Translations under genes and position numbers: made by a program
NCBI GenBank assembly: GCA_005888095.1
Contig: VBKF01000103.1
Location: 35,845 to 99,844 of the forward strand
Length of the DNA stretch: 64,000 nucleotides
Reading direction: 5' to 3'
Source: Deltaproteobacteria bacterium
GTDB lineage: Bacteria > Desulfobacterota > Binatia > DP-6
Shown here: one piece after another, positions 51,812 to 61,318 of the stretch
How the letters are laid out: each line of letters opens with the position of its first letter
How positions within the stretch are numbered: the stretch's first letter is position 1
The notes under the pieces: generated by a model
The model's database searches: none
What the model saw: only the letters and a program-made list of their open reading frames with translations
What the model was told of the DNA's origin: nothing

Positions 51812-53557
51812 TCAGCACGCGCCGCAGGTGTGGCAAGTCGCGGTGTCGCAGGGCGGCGTCTCGATCTCGGCGAGAGCCTTTCGCCGCTCGGCGGCGAGGT
51901 AACGCTTGTCCACCGAGTGATCGATGAAGTCCCACGGCAGCACGGCGTCGAGCGGATACGACCGGTGGACGAAGCGATCGGGGTCGACGGTCTCGCTCCC
52001 GCCGCCGCGGAGCCGCCTGAGCGTCGGCCACCAGGCGTCGGGCTCGGCCGCCAGACGCTCGAGGATCGCCGCCGTGCGCCGGTCGCCGCGCGAGAGCAGG
52101 GTCTGGAGATACGCCTCGCGCGGGCTCTCGACCTCGACCTGCACGCCCGGCATGGCGGCGAGCGCCCGGCCGAGTGCGGCGAGCTTCGCCCGGAGCGAGG
52201 GAATGGCCTCCATCGACTCCCACTGGAAGGGCGTCCACGGCTTCGGGACGAAGGGGTTGATCGAGACGAGGATGCGGCCGACCCGCGGCCGCCCGCCGGC
52301 CGCGAGACGCGCCCGCACCTTGGCGGTCAGGTCGACGATGCCGGCCACGTCCGCGGCGGTCTCCGTCGGCAGGCCGACCATGAAGTAGAGCTTCAGGCTC
52401 TCGACCCCGCTGCCGACCAGCCACTCGGCCGCGCGCAGGATCTCGGACTCGGTCAGGTTCTTGTTGACCACGCGCCGCATCCGCTCCGAGCCGGCCTCGG
52501 GCGCGACCGTGACCGAGCGGTTCCCGTTCCGGCCGAGCGCTGCGGCCAACGCCGGGGTGATCATGTCCGCCTTGAGCGAGGACGGCGACGCGCGGCCGCC
52601 CGCCTCGGCGACCTGCTGGCAGAGCGCCGCTACGCCGGGCAGGCTCGCCATCTCGGCGCCCACCAGGCCGATCGTCCTGCGCTCCTGAAGGCCGCGGGCA
52701 ACGCTCGCGCGGAGCGTCCCGAGGCTCCGGTAGCGGACCGGCCGGTACATGAACCCGGCCGCACAGAACCGACAACCCCACTCGCAGCCGCGGCTCGTCT
52801 CGACCAGGTACATGTCTCCGAACACGGCCTCGGGGGCCAGCACCTCGGAGTTGGTCGCGAAGCGATCGAGGTCGGCGACGAAGCGCCGGCGGACGCGCCC
52901 GTCCCCGGCACCGTGGTAGCTGACCGCGACCAGGTCGCCCTGCTCGTCGTACACCGGCGCATGGCGGTCCGGCCGGTACACCCCCGCCACGGCCTCCGTC
53001 CGCTCGAGGATCGCCTCGCGGCCGAGGGGACCCGCAAGGGCGCGGTCGAGGAACTCGCCCAGCATCTCCTCCGCCTCGCCGATCAGGAAGAGATCGACGA
53101 ACTCGGCCAGCGGCTCGGGATTGAGAAACGTCGCCGGCCCCCCTGCGATGACCAGCGGCGTGCGCGGGCCGCGCTCCCGACTCCGGAGCGGAATACCGGC
53201 CAGACGGAGACAGTGGAGGACGTTCAGGTAATCGCTCTCGAACGAGATCGAGAACGCCACCACGTCGAAGTCGCCGACGGAGCGGTCCTGCTCGAAGGAC
53301 CGCAGCGTACGCGGCCACGCGGCGCGCTCGCCGTCGGCCAGGAAGGCCCGGTCACAGGCGACGCGCGCATCCTCGGACAGGAGCCGGAGCACGGCCTGGA
53401 AGCCGAGGTTCGCCATCCCGACCGGATACGTGTTCGGGTAGACCAGACACACCGACAGCGGACCGCTCGGGCCCGGAGCGAAGAGCCTGCGCTCCGCGGC
53501 CAGGCGGGCGAGACGGCGGTCGTCCAGTCGAGGCATCGTCAGGGGTCGATACTGCAT
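51812..53557 (-). CDS. B12-binding-domain radical SAM protein (large, uncharacterised family)
   Basis: About 581 aa; N-terminal B12-binding-like domain (LSVCLVYPNTYPVGMANLGFQ), radical-SAM cluster ETSRGCEWGCRFCAAG, and a Cys-rich C-terminus (CDTATCHTCGAC). Start at ATG MQYRPL. Confidence 0.75.
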   Translation of the reverse strand: MQYRPLTMPRLDDRRLARLAAERRLFAPGPSGPLSVCLVYPNTYPVGMANLGFQAVLRLLSEDARVACDRAFLADGERAAWPRTLRSFEQDRSVGDFDVVAFSISFESDYLNVLHCLRLAGIPLRSRERGPRTPLVIAGGPATFLNPEPLAEFVDLFLIGEAEEMLGEFLDRALAGPLGREAILERTEAVAGVYRPDRHAPVYDEQGDLVAVSYHGAGDGRVRRRFVADLDRFATNSEVLAPEAVFGDMYLVETSRGCEWGCRFCAAGFMYRPVRYRSLGTLRASVARGLQERRTIGLVGAEMASLPGVAALCQQVAEAGGRASPSSLKADMITPALAAALGRNGNRSVTVAPEAGSERMRRVVNKNLTESEILRAAEWLVGSGVESLKLYFMVGLPTETAADVAGIVDLTAKVRARLAAGGRPRVGRILVSINPFVPKPWTPFQWESMEAIPSLRAKLAALGRALAAMPGVQVEVESPREAYLQTLLSRGDRRTAAILERLAAEPDAWWPTLRRLRGGGSETVDPDRFVHRSYPLDAVLPWDFIDHSVDKRYLAAERRKALAEIETPPCDTATCHTCGAC

Positions 53558-53783
53558 ACTCTCGGCCCCCGTCCGCCTCAAGCCAACACCCCGCTGCCGC
53601 GCCGCTCGCCGGGGCGAGCCCACGGCGAGCACCGAAAGTGACCGGTGCGCCGGCAGCGCGCCGGGACGGGAAGGGAGACCGCCGTCTGCCGGCCGAAGTC
53701 GAGTCTGCCGGCGCCCGAGGAGCGGCCCTGCGCAAGCGCCCGGGCGGCTTGCCGCCGTAATGGGGATGTAATACCGTTGGCCC

Positions 53784-54017
53784 ATGGCGATCGTCACCGC
53801 GTCCCGTCTGACGAGCAAGTACCAGGCGACGATCCCCGTCGAGGTGCGGCGGGTGCTGCGCCTCAAGCAGGGCGATGCCGTCCAGTTCGAGATCGACGGC
53901 GAGCGCGTGACGCTGCGGCGTCAGACCGCGTCGGATCGTACCTACCTGCGCGGGGTGGAGGCCAACCTCTCGGAGTGGAACTCGCCGTACGACGACGAGG
54001 CGTATGGCGACCTATGA
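53784..54017 (+). CDS. mazE: type II antitoxin, AbrB/MazE/SpoVT family
   Basis: 77 aa; swapped-hairpin motif KYQATIPVEVRRVLRLKQGDAVQFEI and an acidic C-terminus. Confidence 0.8.
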   Translation: MAIVTASRLTSKYQATIPVEVRRVLRLKQGDAVQFEIDGERVTLRRQTASDRTYLRGVEANLSEWNSPYDDEAYGDL

Positions 54018-54342
54018 GCCGTGGAGTGTGGTGGTCGTGCCCTTCCCGTTCGTGGACCGGCGACAGACAAAGCGCCGCCCTGCCGTGGTGCTCTCGCCGG
54101 AGCGGTTTCAGGCCGAGCACCAGTGCTCCGTGCTCGCCATGATCACGGACGCCCGCAACCCTCGCTGGCCGTCGGACGTGCCGATCCGCGATCTCACCGC
54201 CGCGGGGCTTCCCCTCGCCTCGGTGTTTCGCTGCAAGGTGTTCACGCTCGACAGTCGCCTGATCCTGTCCCGCATCGGCACCCTCTCGAGCACCGACCGG
54301 AAGGCAGCCGGCCGAGCGTTGCGCGCGGCGATCGTCCGGTAA
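54004..54342 (+). CDS. mazF: type II toxin, MazF/PemK-family endoribonuclease
   Basis: 112 aa; VVVVPFPF...KRRPAVVLS...AMITD matches the PemK/MazF fold. Overlaps mazE by 14 nt. Confidence 0.85.
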   Translation: MATYEPWSVVVVPFPFVDRRQTKRRPAVVLSPERFQAEHQCSVLAMITDARNPRWPSDVPIRDLTAAGLPLASVFRCKVFTLDSRLILSRIGTLSSTDRKAAGRALRAAIVR

Positions 54343-54382
54343 GCAAGGTCCTCTCCCGCGCCGCCGCCCCGGGGCGCGCCGC

Positions 54383-55573
54383 CTACTCGGCGCCGCGACG
54401 CAGGAAGGTCGGGATCTCGAACTCGTCGCCCTCCTCGGGCGCCGGCGGCGACGGCGCGGCCGCTTGCCGGCCCTCGGACACCGGCGCGTCCTTCCGGCGA
54501 CGCTGCCAGGTGGGCACGTCGAGCTCGTCGTCGGCGACCAGACCGTGGCGGCGGACGGGCCGCCCGCCCGCCTGCACGCCGCGCAGCTCCGACCCGTGAC
54601 GTCCCATGCCCTTCTCGACGCGCTCGCCGAAGCCGGTGGCGATCACCGTGATGCGCATCTCGTCGCCCATCGACTCGTCGATGACCGCGCCGAAGATGAT
54701 GTTGGCGTCGTCGTCCGCCTCCTCCTGGATGAGGGTGGCCGCCTCGTTCACCTCGTGCAGCGTGAGATCGGGGCCGCCCGTGATGTTGATGAGGACGCCC
54801 CGCGCCCCCTGGATCGACACGTCCTCGAGGAGCGGGCTCGAGATCGCCTTCTGGGCCGCCTCGACGGCGCGGTTCTCGCCCTGGGCGATCGCCGCCCCCA
54901 TCATCGCCATGCCCATCTCCGACATGATCGTGCGCACGTCGGCGAAGTCGAGGTTGATGAGCCCGTGGACGGTGATCAGGTCCGAGATGCCCCGCACGGC
55001 CTGGAGGAGCACGTCGTCGGCCTTCTTGAAGGTCTCCAGGATCGAGGAGTTGCGGCCGGCGACCGACAGGAGGCGCTGGTTGGGGATGGCGATCAGCGTG
55101 TCGACGTTCGCCTTGAGCTCCCGCATGCCGTCCTCGGCCTGCTTCATGCGGCGCTTGCCCTCGAACGTGAACGGCTTGGTCACCACGCCGACGGTGAGCG
55201 AGCCGATCTCCTTGGCCACCCGGGCGATCACCGGCGCGGCGCCCGTGCCCGTCCCCCCACCCATGCCCGCCGTGATGAAGATCATGTCGGCGCCGCCGAG
55301 GTGCCCGCGGAGCCGTTCGACGTCCTCCTCCGCGGCATGCTTGCCGACCGCGGGGTTGCCGCCGGCGCCGAGGCCGCGGGTCAGCTGCTCGCCGAGCTGC
55401 ACCTTCACCGGGGACAGGTTGGCGCGCAGCGCCTGCGCGTCGGTGTTGGCGGCGATGAAGTCGACGCCGGGCAGCCCGGCCGCGATCATCGTGTTCACCG
55501 CGTTGCCACCGCCCCCGCCGACGCCCACCACCTTGATCCGCGCCCCCTCGCCGGCATCGACGAACTCGATCAT
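54383..55573 (-). CDS. ftsZ: cell division protein FtsZ
   Basis: GGGTGTG tubulin signature and an N-terminal [15 protein letters not shown]. Start ATG with AGGAGGGG 7 nt upstream. Confidence 0.95.
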   Translation of the reverse strand: MIEFVDAGEGARIKVVGVGGGGGNAVNTMIAAGLPGVDFIAANTDAQALRANLSPVKVQLGEQLTRGLGAGGNPAVGKHAAEEDVERLRGHLGGADMIFITAGMGGGTGTGAAPVIARVAKEIGSLTVGVVTKPFTFEGKRRMKQAEDGMRELKANVDTLIAIPNQRLLSVAGRNSSILETFKKADDVLLQAVRGISDLITVHGLINLDFADVRTIMSEMGMAMMGAAIAQGENRAVEAAQKAISSPLLEDVSIQGARGVLINITGGPDLTLHEVNEAATLIQEEADDDANIIFGAVIDESMGDEMRITVIATGFGERVEKGMGRHGSELRGVQAGGRPVRRHGLVADDELDVPTWQRRRKDAPVSEGRQAAAPSPPAPEEGDEFEIPTFLRRGAE

Positions 55574-55650
55574 CGCCGCCCCTCCTCTTCGACCACCCCG
55601 CTCGGTGCCCGATGTTCCGGACGTCCGGCGGTTCAGCCGCGCGCGTGGCG

Positions 55651-56892
55651 TTAGAAGAACTCGCGCAGCCACTCGACCATCCGCTGCCGCACCACCCCGA
55701 TCTGCCCGCGCACGCCGTCACCGCCGCGTGCCGCCGCCGGACCCTGTTGCCTCAGTCCGTGCAGCACGAGACCTACTGCGGTCGAATACATGGGACTCGC
55801 TACCGCGTCAACCAACCCGGTCAGATGAAGGGGCACGCCGAGACGCACCGGGAGGTGGAAGACCCGCTCCGCGAGCTCGGTGAGACCGGCGAGCGCCGCG
55901 CCGCCGCCGGTGAGCACGAGGCCCGAGGTGAGCAGCCCGTCGCAGCCCGCGCGCTCGATCTCGTGCTTGACGAGCAGGAGCATCTCCTCGGCGCGCGGCT
56001 CGATGACGTCGGCGAGCGCGCGGCGCGAGAGCAGATGCGGCTCGCGGCCGCCGACCCCCGCCACCTCGATCGTCTGCTCCACCGGCGCCGTCTGCACCAG
56101 CGCCGAGCCGTGGCGCTGCTTCAGACGCTCGGCCTCGCCGAACGGGGTGCGCAGCGCCGCGGCGAGGTCGTTGGTCACGTGGCCGCCGCCCACGGGCAGG
56201 ACGGCCGTGTGGCGGATGGCGCCGGCGTGAACGACGCTCACCGACGTCGTGCCAGCACCCAGGTCGACGAGGGCCACGCCGAGCTCGCGCTCCTCGGGCG
56301 TCAGCACCGCCTCCGCCGCCGCCAGCGGTCCGCCGAGCACGTCGCGCACGTGGAGCCCCGCGCGGTTGCAGCACTTGACGACGTTCTGTCCCGAGCTGAC
56401 CGCGCCGGTCACGATGTGGACGCGGGCCTCGAGGCGCACGCCCGCCATGCCGACCGGCTCCTTGATGCCGTCCTGATCGTCGACGATGAACTCCTGGGGC
56501 AGGACGTGGAGCACCTCGCGGTCCGCGGGCAGCGCGACCGCCCGCGCCGCGTCGATGACACGCTCGATGTCGCCCGGCGCCACCTCGCGGTTCTTCACGG
56601 CGACGACGCCGTGGCTGTTGAAGCCCTTCAGGTGGCTGCCGGCCGCGCCCGCGATGACGCTGCGGATCTCGCAGCCCGCCATGAGCTCGGCCTCGTCGAC
56701 CGCCCGCCGGATCGACTCCACCGTGGCCTCGATGTTGACGACCACGCCTTTCTTGAGGCCGCGCGAGACGGCCGTGCCGATCCCCGTGATCTCGACGCCA
56801 CCCTCGGCGAGCTCGGCGACGATGACGCCGATCTTGTAGGTGCCGACGTCGAGCCCCACGACCAACGGATTGCGCTTCCGCATGCGTGCCAT
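55651..56892 (-). CDS. ftsA: cell division protein FtsA
   Basis: Actin-like ATPase; [18 protein letters not shown]...[12 protein letters not shown]... Confidence 0.9.
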   Translation of the reverse strand: MARMRKRNPLVVGLDVGTYKIGVIVAELAEGGVEITGIGTAVSRGLKKGVVVNIEATVESIRRAVDEAELMAGCEIRSVIAGAAGSHLKGFNSHGVVAVKNREVAPGDIERVIDAARAVALPADREVLHVLPQEFIVDDQDGIKEPVGMAGVRLEARVHIVTGAVSSGQNVVKCCNRAGLHVRDVLGGPLAAAEAVLTPEERELGVALVDLGAGTTSVSVVHAGAIRHTAVLPVGGGHVTNDLAAALRTPFGEAERLKQRHGSALVQTAPVEQTIEVAGVGGREPHLLSRRALADVIEPRAEEMLLLVKHEIERAGCDGLLTSGLVLTGGGAALAGLTELAERVFHLPVRLGVPLHLTGLVDAVASPMYSTAVGLVLHGLRQQGPAAARGGDGVRGQIGVVRQRMVEWLREFF

Positions 56893-56901
56893 TGGGCCCT
56901 C

Positions 56902-57741
56902 TCAGGTCCTGGTCGGGCGCCGGCCCGCCGCCTTCCCGGGACGCGTGCGGACGATCACCTCGCCGTCGAAGAGCAGGGAGACGCCCGCCATGGCGGCCTC
57001 GCGTCCGTTCCACGCCGCCAGCACGGGCGGCAACAACGCCAGGCGGGAGCCGAAGCCCGCCCAGCCGACCTCGATCGGCACCGTCGGCCGGACGGGCAGG
57101 AGGACGAGCCCGCGCACCCGGTCGACGTGGATCTCCGAGACCGTCCCGACCCCGCCCGGGGCATGGGCCGCGGCGTGCAGGAGCGCGAGCGCCCGGCGGA
57201 TCGCGCGCGGCCCGAACGACTCGCGGCCGCCGAGGTCGGCCTCCGCGAGCCCGGTCACGTACGGGAGGTCGTGCGGATCGGTCGCGCCGACGTCCGCGAA
57301 CACCCGTCCGTTCGCGGCCACGTAGTAGAGGCGAGTCGCGAACGCGAGGATGGCCGCCGGGCGGTACTCGCGTACCTGGATGACGACCCGATGCGGCAGC
57401 TCCCGCGTGACCCGCGCCGAGCGCACCCAGGGCTGGCGGCGAAGCCGGGCCTCAGCCGCCGGCACGTCGACGTCCCAGATGCTCATGCCCGATTCGATGC
57501 CGGCGGCGGCGCGCAGCGCGTCGGGCGCGAGCCGCCCGTGGCTCCGGACCACGACCTCGCGGACCGCGAAGTAGGGATGGCCATGGACGCCGTCCCGGAC
57601 GAGGGGCCAGCAGGCGAGGGTCGCGGCGATCCCGAGCCCGGCGGCGAGCCCGCGGCGGACGGCGACGCCGAACCGCGCGTCCCGACGGCGGGCGAGCGGC
57701 CGCCGGCGGCGGCGGTTGCGCGCGCCGAAGAGCCGGCTCAC
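56902..57741 (-). CDS. ftsQ: cell division protein FtsQ (POTRA)
   Basis: Basic cytoplasmic tail, one TM helix, then POTRA (FAVREVVVRS...). Start placed at the GTG overlapping the murB stop (GTGA). An alternative ATG at 57777 would overlap murB by 40 nt. Confidence 0.75.
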   Translation of the reverse strand: MSRLFGARNRRRRRPLARRRDARFGVAVRRGLAAGLGIAATLACWPLVRDGVHGHPYFAVREVVVRSHGRLAPDALRAAAGIESGMSIWDVDVPAAEARLRRQPWVRSARVTRELPHRVVIQVREYRPAAILAFATRLYYVAANGRVFADVGATDPHDLPYVTGLAEADLGGRESFGPRAIRRALALLHAAAHAPGGVGTVSEIHVDRVRGLVLLPVRPTVPIEVGWAGFGSRLALLPPVLAAWNGREAAMAGVSLLFDGEVIVRTRPGKAAGRRPTRT

Positions 57742-58664
57742 CAGGTTCCGACGAACCGGACCTCGGGCTCCAGCCATATGCCGCTCCGCTCCCAGACCAC
57801 CCGCTGGGCCAGGTCCATCAGCCCCTTCACGTCCTCGGCCGACGCCCCGCCCTCGTTGACGATGAAATTCGCATGCCGCTCCGAGATGCGCGCCCGCCCC
57901 ACCCGGGCGCCCTTCAGACCCGCGACGTCGATCAGCCGCCCGGCGTGGTCCCCGGCGGGGTTCTTGAAGATCGAGCCCGCGTTCGCTCGCCCGTGCGGCT
58001 GGCTCGCCACACGGCGCTGGCGGACCTCCTCCAGCCGCCGGTGGACCGCTGCCGGGTCCTCGCGCCGGAGCGCGAAACGCACCGCAGTCACCACGAAACG
58101 AGGCGGCAGCGCCGCGCCACGGTAGCGGAACCCGAGCGCCTCGCGCGGCAGCACGGCCGGCTCGCCGCCGGCGTCGAGCCCCTCGACGGCGATCGCCGCC
58201 CCCGCGACGTCGCCCCCGTAGGCGCCGGCATTCATGAAGAGGGCACCGCCGACGGTGCCCGGGATGCCCTCGGCATGCTCGAGGCCGGCAAGGCCGCGCG
58301 TCGCGGCGGCGCGGGCCAGGCGGCCGAGGTTTGCCGCCGCGCCTGCCCGGACCTGCGCCCCTCCCTCGCCCTCCTGCCAATCGACGCGCGCGAACCCGCG
58401 GCCGAGCTTCACGACCACGCCGCGCACGCCGCCGTCGCCGACGAGCACGTTGGAGCCGCCGCCGAGGAGCGTGACACGCGCCGCCGAGCGGGCAACCGCG
58501 CGCACCACGAAGGCGAGCTCCTCCACGGTCTCGGGGACCACCAGGAGCTCTGCCGGCCCGCCGATGCGAAACGACGTGTGCCGCGCGAGCGGCTCGCCCG
58601 GACACGCGCGCACACCCAGGCGGCCGGAGATCGTCTCGACGAGCGGTGCGGGCAGCTCCATCAC
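57738..58664 (-). CDS. murB: UDP-N-acetylenolpyruvoylglucosamine reductase
   Basis: FAD-binding LGGGSNVLV...; C-terminal MurB domain. Confidence 0.9.
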   Translation of the reverse strand: MMELPAPLVETISGRLGVRACPGEPLARHTSFRIGGPAELLVVPETVEELAFVVRAVARSAARVTLLGGGSNVLVGDGGVRGVVVKLGRGFARVDWQEGEGGAQVRAGAAANLGRLARAAATRGLAGLEHAEGIPGTVGGALFMNAGAYGGDVAGAAIAVEGLDAGGEPAVLPREALGFRYRGAALPPRFVVTAVRFALRREDPAAVHRRLEEVRQRRVASQPHGRANAGSIFKNPAGDHAGRLIDVAGLKGARVGRARISERHANFIVNEGGASAEDVKGLMDLAQRVVWERSGIWLEPEVRFVGTW

Positions 58665-58674
58665 CTCGATCGCT

Positions 58675-60070
58675 CTACTGGACCAGGCGGAGCGGCAGCC
58701 CCGCCTTGAGGAGGGTGAGCAGCTCGTCGGCCGTGCGGTGGATGTCGCCCGCCCCGAGGGTCAGCACCAGATCCCCGCGACGGACGGTCCCGAGCAGGGA
58801 CTCCGCCACCTGCTCGCGCGCCGGCACCCAGCGCACGTCGAGATGCCCGCGCCGCTTGAGCGCATGAAAGAGCTCCTCGCCCGAGGCGCCCTCGAGCCGC
58901 TCCTCACCGGCCGCGTAGACGTCGGTCAGCACGAGGACGTCGACCTCGTCGAACGCCTCCAGGAATTCGTTGAACAGGTCGCGGGTGCGGGTGTAGCGGT
59001 GCGGCTGGAAGGCCGCCACCAGCCGGCGCGAGAAGCCCTCCCGCGCGGCGCGCAGCGTGGCGCGGACCTCCTCGGGATGGTGCGCGTAGTCGTCCACCAC
59101 GAGCACGTCCTGCTCCTCCCCCTTCACCTCGAAGCGGCGATGGATGCCGCCGAACTCCTCGAGGGCGTGCGCCGCGATGCGGAACGGGATCTCGAGGTCG
59201 GCGGCGACGGCGAAGGCGGCGAGCGCGTTGAGGGCGTGATGGCGGCCGGGCATGCGGAGCCGGACGGGGCCGAGCCGCCGCTCGCCGCGCCAGACCTCGA
59301 ACACGGTCTCGAGCCCGTCGACGCGGAGGTCGCGCGCCTGCCAGTCGGCGTCGGGCGACGTCCCGTAGGTGACGAAGCGCTTGCGGATGTGCGGCACCAG
59401 GGCGCGCACCGCCACGCTGTCGAGGCAGAGGACGGCCAGGCCGTAGAACGGGACGCGGTGGATGAACTGGAGATACGCCTCGCGCACCCGGTCCATGTCC
59501 CGGTAGTAGTCGAGGTGCTCGCGGTCGATGTTGGTGACGACGGCGATGATCGGCGAGAGGAGGAGGAAGGTGCCGTCGCTCTCGTCGGCCTCGGCGACCA
59601 GGAACTCCCCCTGGCCGAGGCGGGCGTTGGTGCCGAGTGTGCGGAGCTTGCCGCCCACGACGACCGTCGGGTCGCGTCCCGCCTCGCGCAGCACGGCCGC
59701 CACCAGCGAGGTGGTCGTCGTCTTGCCGTGCGTGCCGGCCACCGCGACGCCGTACTTCATGCGCATGAGCTCGGCGAGCATCTCGGCGCGCGGCACGACG
59801 GGGATCTTCAGCTCGCGGGCGCGGCTCGCCTCGGGGTTCGCGAAGGTGACCGCCGAGGAGATGACGAGCACGTCGATGTCGTCGGTGATACGGGCGGCGT
59901 CGTGCGGGCCGATGTCGATGCGGGCACCGAGGCGTGCGAGCCGGCGCGTCGTCTCGCCGTCGACCAGGTCGGAACCCGTCGTAGCCGAGCGTCAGCAGCA
60001 CCTCGGCGATGCCGCTCATGCCGATGCCGCCGATGCCGACGAAATGCACTCGCCGCTTCCGCCCGGTCAC
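58675..60070 (-). pseudogene. murC: UDP-N-acetylmuramate--L-alanine ligase with an apparent frameshift near 59975-59985
   Basis: The N-terminal 30 aa (HFVGIGGIGMSGIAEVLLTLGY) are in one frame, starting GTG 60070 after GGAGGAAG. The remainder (TTGSDLVDGETTRRL...VAVAGTHGKTTTT...) is in the +1 frame. The junction falls exactly at the conserved LGYxxSGSDL block, and the span length is not a multiple of 3. Confidence 0.55.
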
Positions 60071-60181
60071 CGCACTTCCTCCGTGGCGAGATCGCCCGGA
60101 CCACGCGCCCCACTCCAAGCCCACCACGAGCGATGCAATTACAGAAGCCTGGCGCCCTCTTCAAGTGGGCCGGCGATAATT

Positions 60182-61318
60182 CTAGCTCATCGGCGGCCCC
60201 CCTCCGCCGCCGATCAGACGCACGCACTCCGCCGCCACCTGCTCGGCGGCGTCCGGACGGCCGAGCGCGCGGGCTCGCGTGGCCATCGCCGCGCGCCGCA
60301 CGGGGTCGTCCACCAGGCCGCGGATGGCGGCGGCGAGGCGCTCCCCGTCGCACTCCCGGTCGAGGATCATCTCCGCCGCGCCGGCGGCGACCAGCACCTC
60401 GGCGTTCAGCCGCTGGTGGTCGTCGGCGGCGTGGGGATAGGGCACGAGGATGGCGGGCAGGCCGACGGCGGTGATCTCGGCGCAGCTCATGGCACCCGCG
60501 CGCGCGATCACCAGATCGGCCGCCGCGTAGGCGCCGCCCATGTCCGCGATGAAGGGCTCGACGCGCGCGGCGAGCGCGAGCGCCCGGTACGCCCGGCGCA
60601 CCTCTTCGAGGTCCGCGGGGCCGGTCTGATGGGTCACCTCGAGGCCCCGGGCCGCGGCCCCGAGCGCCGCCAGCGCCTCCACCACGGCGACGTTCAGGCG
60701 ATGCGCGCCGGCACTCCCCCCGAAGACGAGCAGGCCCGGCCGGGCGCGCGGCGCCCGCGTCGCGCCGCCCAGGACCTCCCGGCGGATGGGGTTCCCGGTG
60801 TGGGCCGCGCGGCCGCGCGGGAAGAAGCGGGCGGACTCGGCGAACCCGACGCAGACCCGTGCCGCGAGCCGCCCGAGGAAGCGGTTCGCCGCGCCGGGCA
60901 CGACGTTCTGCTCGAGGAGGACGATGGGGATGCCCGAGAGCCGCGCCGCGAGCACGACGGCGACCGACGCGTAGCCTCCGACGCCGACCACCAGACGGGG
61001 CCGGAGCTCGCCCAGGAGGCCCCGACCGCGCACCGCGCCGCGCGCCACCGCCGCGAGCCCGGCCGCGGCGCGCCCCGCGCCGCCGCCGCGCAGCTGCTGC
61101 CCCGGCAGCAGGCGGAGCGGGTAGCCGGCCGCGGGCACGACGCGCGCCTCGATGCCGCTCGCGGTGCCGACGAAGGTGACGTCGAAGCCCTGCTCGCCGA
61201 GGGCATCGGCGAGGGCGAGGCCGGGATAGAGGTGCCCTCCCGTGCCGCCGCCGGCGATGACCACGCTGCCTCGCCGTGCCGCGCCCGGCCGGGCCGGCTG
61301 CGATGCGGCGCTCATCAT
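60182..61318 (-). CDS. murG: undecaprenyldiphospho-muramoylpentapeptide beta-N-acetylglucosaminyltransferase
   Basis: VVIAGGGTGGHLYPGLALA... GT28 signature. ATGA overlap with the ftsW stop. Confidence 0.9.
   Translation of the reverse strand: MMSAASQPARPGAARRGSVVIAGGGTGGHLYPGLALADALGEQGFDVTFVGTASGIEARVVPAAGYPLRLLPGQQLRGGGAGRAAAGLAAVARGAVRGRGLLGELRPRLVVGVGGYASVAVVLAARLSGIPIVLLEQNVVPGAANRFLGRLAARVCVGFAESARFFPRGRAAHTGNPIRREVLGGATRAPRARPGLLVFGGSAGAHRLNVAVVEALAALGAAARGLEVTHQTGPADLEEVRRAYRALALAARVEPFIADMGGAYAAADLVIARAGAMSCAEITAVGLPAILVPYPHAADDHQRLNAEVLVAAGAAEMILDRECDGERLAAAIRGLVDDPVRRAAMATRARALGRPDAAEQVAAECVRLIGGGGGPPMS

Noticed and set aside
53645-54142. 165-aa plus-strand ORF covering the mazE upstream region and mazE/mazF in another frame
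   Set aside because: Arg-rich, no homology; it overlaps the well-supported mazE/mazF frames.
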